64,000 nt of DNA from Candidatus Altimarinota bacterium. Its GTDB lineage: Bacteria; Patescibacteriota; Gracilibacteria; CAIRYL01. Location of the stretch: the NCBI GenBank assembly GCA_041739085.1, contig JBGSON010000014.1, positions 13,410 through 77,409 of the forward strand, given 5' to 3'. Below the pieces are notes generated by a model. The model worked only from the letters and a program-made list of their open reading frames with translations, made no database searches and had not been told where the DNA came from. This document shows, in pieces, positions 27,610-34,844 of this stretch. Made by a program: the position numbers and the translations under genes. The first letter of the stretch is position 1; each line of letters begins with the position of its first letter.

Positions 27610-29481
27610 ATGATCGAGGATGAAGAGCAGAAACGACTCAGGAAGAAGGAAAGAGAAGAGGAGACGATCGAAAGGAAACTTCTTCAGAAAAAGCGTCAGG
27701 ATCAGATTTTTGTGAAGAAGGAGGGAACAGTGGAGCTCCCCGATCAGCTTTCCGTGAAAGAGTTTGCCGAAAAAATAGGCATCCCCACATCACAGATACT
27801 CGCTTCTCTTGTTAAGAACGGTGTTTTCGCGAACCTCAATTCAACGATTGATTTCGAGACATTCCAGCTCATCGCCATGGAACATGAAGTCGAAGTCAAG
27901 AAAACCGAATCCACTGCCACTTCCGAGATGCTCTTCGAGGGAAATCTCCATGAACTCCTGAAAGATGATGCCGGGAATCTCACCCCCCGGCCTCCTGTTA
28001 TTGTGGTCATCGGCCATGTCGATCATGGAAAAACAAGCATCCTTGACCGGATCAGAAAAGCGAAAGTGGCTGAGGGAGAAGCGGGAGGTATCACGCAACA
28101 TATCGGAGCATACCAGATCGATAAAAACGGCCGCTTCATCACCTTTCTTGATACCCCAGGACATGAGTCATTCACAGCGATGCGGGCTCGCGGAACTAAG
28201 ACCGCTGACATTGCTATTCTCGTTGTCGCAGCGGACGAGGGTGTGAAGCCACAGACGATTGAGGCCATTCATCATGCTCAGGAAGCCGGGATTCCGATCA
28301 TTGTCGCTATGAACAAGATCGACAAGCAGAGTGCGAATCCGGAGAGGGTGAAAGGAGAACTCAATGAGAATGGACTTCATCCGGAAGAATGGGGTGGGAC
28401 TGTCCCCGTCATTCCCGTTTCAGCGCATTCGGGAGAAGGGATCGACGACCTCCTGGAAATCGTTCTCCTCCAGGCTGACCTCCTTGATCTCAGGGCGAAT
28501 CCAAATCGAAAAACAGTCGGGACCGTCATCGAAGCGCATCTTGATCCTTCTGTTGGTCCTGTTGCCACGATCCTCGTCAATACCGGAACGCTGAGGATCA
28601 AAGACCCTTTCCTCATCGGGAGAGTGAAAGGCCGGGTAAAAACGATGATTGATGCGTCCGGGAAAAGTCTGAAGGAAATCACCCCCGGCGGTGCCGCCCA
28701 GATCTCTGGGATTGATGAGATCCCCACTCCCGGAGACATCATTCAGGTATTCGACAATGAAAAAATCATCCATAAGAAGATCGATGAACTCAAAGCGCTT
28801 CATTATCTGAAGAAAGGAATGGGGCTTGGCGTCTCCCAGATCATCGACAAACTTCAGCACGGAGAGATGAAATTCCTAAAAATCGTTCTCAAGGCAGACA
28901 CCAACGGATCATTGGAGGCGGTCAAACAGTCGATCGACAAGATCAAGAATCCGAATGTGGGGGTAAAGATCATCCACGCCGCTGTCGGCGCGGTCTCTGA
29001 TACTGATGTGCTCATGGCCGCAGCGAGCCAGGGGATCGTCATCGGATTCAATGTCATCATCTCTCCGAGAGTGAGCCGGATCGCAGATAAGGAGTCCGTA
29101 GAAGTCCAGAACTATGACATCATCTACAATCTCATCGCCGACATCGAAAAGATCCTCACGGGGCTCCTCGAGCCTGAGCTTGTTGAAGTCATTGTCGGAA
29201 CATCGATCGTGAGACAGATCTTCTTCACGAAGAGAAAACTCATGATCGTCGGATGCAAAGTGGAATCAGGAAAAATGAAATTGAAGTCAAAGACGAGAGT
29301 CTTCCGGAACGATGAAAAAATCGGAGATGGGGTGATCATCGGTCTCCAGCATTTCGATAAGAAAGTGAAGGAAGTGGAGGAAAACCAGGAGTGCGGAATA
29401 CAATTTGAAAGCGATATCCCTCTGGAGGTCGGAGATAAGGTGGAGTGCTTTGAATTGGAAAAACGGATCAGGACGCTCTAA
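27610..29481 (+). CDS. infB: translation initiation factor IF-2 (second IF2_N domain, G domain, C-terminal domains)
   Basis: [69 protein letters not shown]. Confidence 0.9.
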   Translation: MIEDEEQKRLRKKEREEETIERKLLQKKRQDQIFVKKEGTVELPDQLSVKEFAEKIGIPTSQILASLVKNGVFANLNSTIDFETFQLIAMEHEVEVKKTESTATSEMLFEGNLHELLKDDAGNLTPRPPVIVVIGHVDHGKTSILDRIRKAKVAEGEAGGITQHIGAYQIDKNGRFITFLDTPGHESFTAMRARGTKTADIAILVVAADEGVKPQTIEAIHHAQEAGIPIIVAMNKIDKQSANPERVKGELNENGLHPEEWGGTVPVIPVSAHSGEGIDDLLEIVLLQADLLDLRANPNRKTVGTVIEAHLDPSVGPVATILVNTGTLRIKDPFLIGRVKGRVKTMIDASGKSLKEITPGGAAQISGIDEIPTPGDIIQVFDNEKIIHKKIDELKALHYLKKGMGLGVSQIIDKLQHGEMKFLKIVLKADTNGSLEAVKQSIDKIKNPNVGVKIIHAAVGAVSDTDVLMAAASQGIVIGFNVIISPRVSRIADKESVEVQNYDIIYNLIADIEKILTGLLEPELVEVIVGTSIVRQIFFTKRKLMIVGCKVESGKMKLKSKTRVFRNDEKIGDGVIIGLQHFDKKVKEVEENQECGIQFESDIPLEVGDKVECFELEKRIRTL

Positions 29482-29492
29482 AGGAGAGCAGA

Positions 29493-29540
29493 CAAGCGGT
29501 CAAGCGGGTAAGCATTTGTTTCGCTTGCTTGTTTTCTTGT
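29493..29540 (+). terminator. nested hairpin after infB (CAAGCGG..CAAGCG-loop-CGCTTG..CCGCTTG) with a T-rich tail
   Basis: Inner stem CAAGCG/CGCTTG followed by CTTGTTTTCTTGT. An outer CAAGCGG/CCGCTTG pairing is also possible. Confidence 0.5.
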
Positions 29541-29558
29541 CCGCTTGCACGCTCGTTC

Positions 29559-29906
29559 TCAGGCGATGATCCTCGATACCGCCATGGTTATTCCATATGA
29601 GAGAAGCGCGATGACGAGCCCGAATGCTCCCCATTTCAGGGTGCGTTTTGCCTGGGTCTTCTTATATTCTTCCCCCGCGGCAAGCGCATATTGAATTCCT
29701 CCGATGATAAAAACAAGTGCGGCAACGCTTCCTGCAACCATAAGAAGCACCTGAGCGATCGAGTCGAGGATTTCCGGGATCGATGTCTTCGGAAGCACGG
29801 AAGGCGGGCGATACTCCCCTATCCTCCCCTGGTCAGAAGTATTCGCTCCATAAGAAGTGGTCATCCCGGCGAGCATGCAAATGATGAAAACAGAAATTCG
29901 TTTCAT
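29559..29906 (-). CDS. T4SS-type pilin (TrbC/VirB2-like; CPR or Gram-positive T4SS_pilin family)
   Basis: Signal peptide MKRISVFIICMLAGMTTSYGA, then LVFIIGGIQYALAAGEEYKKTQAKRTLKWGAFGLVIALLSYGI. This matches my recollection of the T4SS_pilin pattern IIGGIxYxxSxGDxxxxxxAKxxIxxAxIGLxI. ATG at 29906. Confidence 0.7.
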   Translation of the reverse strand: MKRISVFIICMLAGMTTSYGANTSDQGRIGEYRPPSVLPKTSIPEILDSIAQVLLMVAGSVAALVFIIGGIQYALAAGEEYKKTQAKRTLKWGAFGLVIALLSYGITMAVSRIIA

Positions 29907-29917
29907 TGAAAATGGGA

Positions 29918-30472
29918 TTATGTCCATATGGAAACGATCCAGCGGATGAGTCCGTACGAGAGAACTGCGATCATGAGACCGATAATTGAATATTTAAGTC
30001 CTGATTTTGCTTCTTCGATTTTTTCGAGATCTCCCGTGGAGAGCATATACTGGATTCCGTTATAGATGAGCATGATGACGGAAACTCCTCCAACCATTCC
30101 CAGAAGGATCGACGCGATGTTGTTTAAGACATAGGTCGTATCGGCAAGATGCGCTTCTCCCAAATCCGCGGTCGGTTTCTGGAGGAGTGCGAAGAGGACT
30201 CCGGAAAAGAGCATGAGACACGTGGAGATGAGCGCTCCCCAGATCACCTGCTTCGCATTATCCACTTTCTCTTCATCCCCTTTCGCGGCCATATACATGA
30301 TCCCTCCGATGATGAGCATGATGACGGACACTCCGAAGATGACTTGGGTCGCCCACGCCCAGATCTGGGATATATATTCTCCGAATGTTTCCACTTCGCC
30401 CACTTCCGTATCAGCGGCAAAAGCCGTCGCCGGGAAGAAAATGCCGAGAAGGAAGAGGAAAGCCTGAAACAT
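29918..30472 (-). CDS. T4SS-type pilin with two tandem pilin modules
   Basis: Signal peptide MFQAFLFLLGIFFPATAFA. Module 1 is VIMLIIGGIMYMAAKGDEEKVDNAKQVIWGALIS. Module 2 is VIMLIYNGIQYMLSTGDLEKIEEAKSGLKYSIIGLMIAVLSYGL. Confidence 0.7.
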   Translation of the reverse strand: MFQAFLFLLGIFFPATAFAADTEVGEVETFGEYISQIWAWATQVIFGVSVIMLIIGGIMYMAAKGDEEKVDNAKQVIWGALISTCLMLFSGVLFALLQKPTADLGEAHLADTTYVLNNIASILLGMVGGVSVIMLIYNGIQYMLSTGDLEKIEEAKSGLKYSIIGLMIAVLSYGLIRWIVSIWT

Positions 30473-30599
30473 ATCTATTTGTTCTTTCCATTATACACAA
30501 AAAAATGAATATTTACAATGAGAGTAAGCCTTTTTCAGCCCATCATTCTCCGGCAAATAATGCAAGTCGAGGTAATAATCCGCATCATACTCAATTGCG

Positions 30600-30619
30600 G
30601 GGCGTTGCATGCAACGCCC
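30600..30619. repeat. perfect 20-nt palindrome GGGCGTTGCATGCAACGCCC
   Basis: Read directly. Can form an 8-bp GC-rich stem with a CATG loop, followed by TTCTTAT on the plus strand. Confidence 0.9.
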
Positions 30620-30647
30620 TTCTTATGGAAGTCTCTCCACTGCGCTC

Positions 30648-30773
30648 GTCCGAGACTCCTGACTCGGACGCGATAGACTCATGATGGATGAAACGCTCAA
30701 GTCTGGAGACTTGAGCGAGCGAGCGGCACGCACACACGGGTGCCCCTGCCGACACCTGTGGACAGGTACCTGG
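30648..30773. repeat. cluster of hairpins and palindromes at the border of the low-GC island
   Basis: GTCCGAG-actcctga-CTCGGAC (30648-30669), CAAGTCT-GG-AGACTTG (30698-30713), (GAGC)3 (30713-30726), ACCTGT-GG-ACAGGT (30754-30767), overlapping CAGGTACCTG. Confidence 0.6.
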
Positions 30774-30780
30774 TTATGAA

Positions 30781-31101
30781 TTAATTATTGGGTATAGGTA
30801 TACACTTTATTGCTGTGCTATTATCACTATCAAAAACGAGCGCAGAGCTAAAACCTTTCGGACACTGGCCTGTTCCAATATTGTTCGCTTGGATAGATTC
30901 TGAAACAACTTTCTTGATTGAGGCGAATTCGCTTTCTAGATTTTCGATTTTTGCGCTGTCAGCCTTAATACTACTAACTTCATTCTTTAGATAATGTAAA
31001 TCAATGTTTATTTTCACAATTAAGGATGTAATTATTCCTATAACAGCTACAACAATCCCTCCTAGGGTAAGTTTTTGATTTCTGGTCCAAGCATTAGTCA
31101 T
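30781..31101 (-). CDS. hypothetical small protein (N-terminal TM segment, coiled coil, Cys-containing tail) in the low-GC island
   Basis: MTNAWTRNQKLTLGGIVVAVIGIITSLIV then LHYLKNEVSSIKADSAKIENLESEFASIKK. The track ORF starts at a TTG (31128); the ATG is at 31101. Local GC is about 30-35% from my counts of 60-nt samples. Confidence 0.5.
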   Translation of the reverse strand: MTNAWTRNQKLTLGGIVVAVIGIITSLIVKINIDLHYLKNEVSSIKADSAKIENLESEFASIKKVVSESIQANNIGTGQCPKGFSSALVFDSDNSTAIKCIPIPNN

Positions 31102-31248
31102 AAAAATTAATAAGAATCTACCAGCCAACGAATCATCTAGCCCGTGCTAGGCGCTACTGTTATTTTTTATATCTTTATATTTTTCCTGAGCCGCAGGTGT
31201 CCCTGGCTGGAAAATGGGAAGGAGGGCACATGCTCCGGCCGAAAGAGT

Positions 31249-32031
31249 TTATTTCTCATCGTTATTTAAAATATGTGAGATCATCAAACATGGGATATCA
31301 TAATCATCAAGTCCAATAATGTAAGGGGCTTCTTTCCCTTCTTTAGATATCATGAGTCCAGCTTGGGTTAGTTCGAAAGCGTGGATTTTTGAATAAGGGA
31401 ATGCAAAATATTTCCTACTTCCTTTAAAACCAATCCTTTGGTTGGTGAGCCAAAATGCCCCAATGTCTTCGGTAATTAAGTGTTCGCTTGATGAAGTTGA
31501 AAAACTAACTGAACCAACACGATATCTAAGCCCTTTCGTAATTTTTACTGAAAAAGTAGGACCGCCGTAGCTAATACGATTGATTACTGTTTTATATTTT
31601 TTTATAGCCCCAGGACAACCCCAATGTAAAACTTCTCCTCTCTTAAAGACTATATCTATATCGTGTTGTTTGATTTCTGGGAGTATGCCTTTGTCTATCA
31701 GTCCCAAAGTGTAGAATTTATTAAATGCTTTTTGATCAAATTCGAAATCCTTCTGACTCACTCCAAAATAATTTGTGAGCTCTTCTAGTGCTTTCTTTTC
31801 ATCATCCGTTATTTTGCAATCACTAATAATATTTTGAAAAGCTAAAGTACTAGCTTTTTTATGTACCTCGAGCAATTCTTCTCTTGAAAAACCATATTCC
31901 TTGGTTAATTTTTCAAGTTCTTGCTTCTCATCAGCATCTAGTTTCCCATCTGAAAGAAAGCTCGTGAGAAGTTTGTCATACTTAATTTTTCCTCCCCGTT
32001 TTACCAGAAATTTTTTAATGAAATCAATCAT
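31249..32031 (-). CDS. hypothetical protein in the low-GC island (helical repeat N-terminus, beta-rich C-terminus)
   Basis: 260-aa ORF with an ATG start. The N-terminus repeats DGKLDADEKQELEKLTKEYGFS and ITDDEKKALEELTNYFGVS, which is weakly TerB/DjlA-like. The C-terminus IGAFWLTNQRIGFKGSRKYFAFPYSKIHAFEL is reminiscent of bacterial PH/GRAM-like domains. Both resemblances are weak. Confidence 0.6.
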   Translation of the reverse strand: MIDFIKKFLVKRGGKIKYDKLLTSFLSDGKLDADEKQELEKLTKEYGFSREELLEVHKKASTLAFQNIISDCKITDDEKKALEELTNYFGVSQKDFEFDQKAFNKFYTLGLIDKGILPEIKQHDIDIVFKRGEVLHWGCPGAIKKYKTVINRISYGGPTFSVKITKGLRYRVGSVSFSTSSSEHLITEDIGAFWLTNQRIGFKGSRKYFAFPYSKIHAFELTQAGLMISKEGKEAPYIIGLDDYDIPCLMISHILNNDEK

Positions 32032-32068
32032 ACTTTAAAATTAATAATAAATTTTAAAGAAATTTCCA

Positions 32069-33400
32069 TTACCCCGAAATAATCCTTACAATATCCTTGT
32101 ATGTCACGACAACGATAAAAAGCAGGAGAAGCATGTATCCTGCGATATGGAGAGGGGTTTCCCACTTCTGAGGGATGCGATGCGGGATCTTTGAGCCTTT
32201 TTTCGCGCGAAAATTGAACGGGAGGAGGAGGAGATAGAAAAGCCCTTCCAGTACCTGGAAAAAGAAGCGTCCCCCGTCAAGAGCCGGGAAAGGAACGAGA
32301 TTGATGACCGCGAGGGAGAGAGAGAGAACCGCCGCGAACTGGATGATCTTTGAGAAATCCCCGATCTCGACGAGCGTTTTCGTCGTCTGCGCGATGGCGA
32401 CCGGACCTCCGACTCCTTCTGGGATCTCCGGTTTTTCCCCCTGGAATATCTGCCCGAGAGTGGAAACAAAGAGCGTTTTCACCATATCAACGGAAAGCAC
32501 GACGAATCGCCGCGAGGTGATATAGGCATCTTTCGGGATGTCGGTGAACGCCACTTCCACCTCAGAGATGGGATAGTAATATTCCGGAAAGAGGATGACT
32601 CCGATCCGCATGACCCCATCCGTGTCTTTTTCCGGCGTGATCTGTAAGAGGATATTCTCCTCCTTCCTCTCCTCAGGAGAAAGCCGGAGGACAGAGTATT
32701 CCAGGGCATCTCCAGAAAATATTTTCTCCTGGATGCTCCGGAATGAATCGAGGTCTTCTACCCCAGTCCCGTTGATGGAAACGATTTTGTCTCCCGGAAG
32801 CATGCCTGCCTTTACCGCGGGCCCCTCCGGATCAAGCGCTCCGATGAAAACGCCGTCAGAACCTTTTGCATAGAATCCCTGCTCCACCCATTTCTCCACA
32901 TGGCCGTCTTCAAAATATATCTGGAATTTTGGATGATTCACGAGATTCGGGTCGACGATCGGGGTATATCCGATCCACGCGACAAAGGCGAAGAGGAAGA
33001 ACGCAAGGATAAAATTCATGGTGATCCCCGCGAGCGTCACGAGCATCCGGATGATGAGCGGACGGTTGCAGAACGCCCTGGGATCATTCTGAGCTTCCTT
33101 GTCCGAATCCTCTCCCGTCATTCGCACAAATCCTCCAAAGGGAATGGCATTGAGCGACCAGGTCATATCATCCGTAAATGTTTTCACTTTTCCGTTCTCC
33201 ATCTTCATCTTCGTGATGATCTTTGTTTTCTTCCAGAAGAGCTTCGGAGGAAGCCCGAATCCGAACTCTTCGACCTTCACTTTTCCGAGCCTCGCCACGA
33301 AATAGTGTCCGAGCTCATGAATGATGATGAGCACGGAAAAGATGAGGATAAAGGTGAACGCGATGAGAAGGAAATGACCTATGCTACTGAGAATTTCCAT
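32069..33400 (-). CDS. rseP: RIP (site-2) zinc metalloprotease
   Basis: IIIHELGHYFVARL (HExxH), a PDZ-like middle region (GMLPGDKIVSINGTGV) and C-terminal NLVPFPALDGG. Confidence 0.85.
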   Translation of the reverse strand: MEILSSIGHFLLIAFTFILIFSVLIIIHELGHYFVARLGKVKVEEFGFGLPPKLFWKKTKIITKMKMENGKVKTFTDDMTWSLNAIPFGGFVRMTGEDSDKEAQNDPRAFCNRPLIIRMLVTLAGITMNFILAFFLFAFVAWIGYTPIVDPNLVNHPKFQIYFEDGHVEKWVEQGFYAKGSDGVFIGALDPEGPAVKAGMLPGDKIVSINGTGVEDLDSFRSIQEKIFSGDALEYSVLRLSPEERKEENILLQITPEKDTDGVMRIGVILFPEYYYPISEVEVAFTDIPKDAYITSRRFVVLSVDMVKTLFVSTLGQIFQGEKPEIPEGVGGPVAIAQTTKTLVEIGDFSKIIQFAAVLSLSLAVINLVPFPALDGGRFFFQVLEGLFYLLLLPFNFRAKKGSKIPHRIPQKWETPLHIAGYMLLLLFIVVVTYKDIVRIISG

Positions 33401-33427
33401 GAAAAAACGTTGAAACGGATGAAAAAT

Positions 33428-33973
33428 TTATATGGTCATGACCTCATGTTCCTTCTTCTTTGCGTGCTCTTCGATCTTTTTATTCATCTCATCGACTTTT
33501 TCCTGAAGATGTTTTTCCTCCCTTCGTTCGTCGTCTTCGGAAAGAGCATCATCGTTCTTGATCTTCTCCATGGCGTCATGCCTTGCCTGACGGACGGTGA
33601 TCTTCGCTTCCTCAGCCATTTTGTGGACGACCTTGACGGTTTCCTTTCTCGATTCCTCAGTGAGAGGAGGAATGTTGAGTCGGATCGAGTGCCCGTCATT
33701 CACCGGGGAAAGTCCGAGATTGGAATCTCTGATCGCCTTTTCGATAGCGCCGAGGACGCTTTTATCCCATGGAGTGATCGCAATGCTTCTCGGATCAGGA
33801 ATGGCGATCTGGGCAATATTCCGAAGGGGCTGCCTTGCTCCGTACGTTTCGACTTCGATCCCTTCCACAAGTCCTGCAGAAGCTCTCCCCATCTGTATGC
33901 CTGCGAATTCCTTGGAAAGAAATTCCAGTGATTTGTCTAATTGTTGTATCGCGAGTTGTACGGCGGAGTGCAT
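33428..33973 (-). CDS. frr: ribosome recycling factor
   Basis: GRASAGLVEGIEVETYG, ITPWDKS, NLGLSPVNDGHSIRLNIPPLTEESRKE. Confidence 0.9.
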   Translation of the reverse strand: MHSAVQLAIQQLDKSLEFLSKEFAGIQMGRASAGLVEGIEVETYGARQPLRNIAQIAIPDPRSIAITPWDKSVLGAIEKAIRDSNLGLSPVNDGHSIRLNIPPLTEESRKETVKVVHKMAEEAKITVRQARHDAMEKIKNDDALSEDDERREEKHLQEKVDEMNKKIEEHAKKKEHEVMTI

Positions 33974-34030
33974 AAGAAAAAATGAAAGGAATAAAGCGCC
34001 TCATCATCATGACAAGGATCAGGGAAAAAA

Positions 34031-34747
34031 TCAATTCCGGACAATTGTCCCGATGGCCTCGCCTTTCACGGCCTTCAGAATATTCCCCTTTTTGAGGCCG
34101 TCAAAGACCATGACGGGGACACATCCCTGGGAAAGCAGGGAAAAGGCGGTCTGATCCATGACTTTCAGGTTTTTTTCAATGGCCTCGTCAAAGGTGATGG
34201 AGCTGAACTTTTTCGCATTTTTGTTCTTCATGGGGTCAGAATCATACACGCCGTCGACTTTTGTCGCCTTCAGGAGAATATCGACATCGAGTTCCAGAGC
34301 CCGGAGCGCCGCCGCTGTGTCAGTCGTAAAATAGGGATTTCCGGTCCCTCCGCCGAGGAGCACCACTTTCTTCGTCTCAAGAGATCTCCGTGCATCAAAG
34401 ACCTGATACTTTGGGATGATGGAATCCACAAGGAACGCCGAATACATATGGGCGGGAACTCCGTTCGAATTCAGCGTATTGGAGAGTGCCATAATATTGA
34501 GGAGCGTGGCGATCATTCCGACCTGATCGGAAGCGACGCGCGGAAGGCCGGAGTTCTCATGGTCGCGGAATCGCCAGAAATTCCCTCCCCCGAGGACGAT
34601 CGCGACTTCGACACCGAGTTTATGCGCCGACCGTATGTCGCTCACGAGATCATTGACTACCGCAAAATCTATCCCCCTCCCGGTTCGGTCTGCCAAAGCT
34701 TCTCCGGAGATCTTGAGGAGGACTCTTCTGTATTTTGCTGCTGCCAT
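34031..34747 (-). CDS. pyrH: UMP kinase
   Basis: MAAAKYRRVLLKISGEAL, VAIVLGGGNFWR, TGNPYFTTDTAAALRA. The 353-aa track ORF would overlap the upstream gene. ATGs at 34747, 34768 and 34774 are all plausible. Confidence 0.85.
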   Translation of the reverse strand: MAAAKYRRVLLKISGEALADRTGRGIDFAVVNDLVSDIRSAHKLGVEVAIVLGGGNFWRFRDHENSGLPRVASDQVGMIATLLNIMALSNTLNSNGVPAHMYSAFLVDSIIPKYQVFDARRSLETKKVVLLGGGTGNPYFTTDTAAALRALELDVDILLKATKVDGVYDSDPMKNKNAKKFSSITFDEAIEKNLKVMDQTAFSLLSQGCVPVMVFDGLKKGNILKAVKGEAIGTIVRN

Positions 34748-34844
34748 GCGGTTTTTTATAAATGCCATCCTCATTGTATCAGAGCAGAATATGGAAAAGA
34801 AGTGGTTTTCGTCTCTATGCTTCTCGCCCCGGGACATATGAAGG

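Noticed and set aside
30776-32068. Calling the low-GC island a mobile element (IS, integrative element or prophage remnant).
   Set aside because: It has no transposase, integrase or recombinase, and no clear terminal inverted or direct repeats, only weak 8-10 nt mirrored segments. It is reported as a compositional island only.
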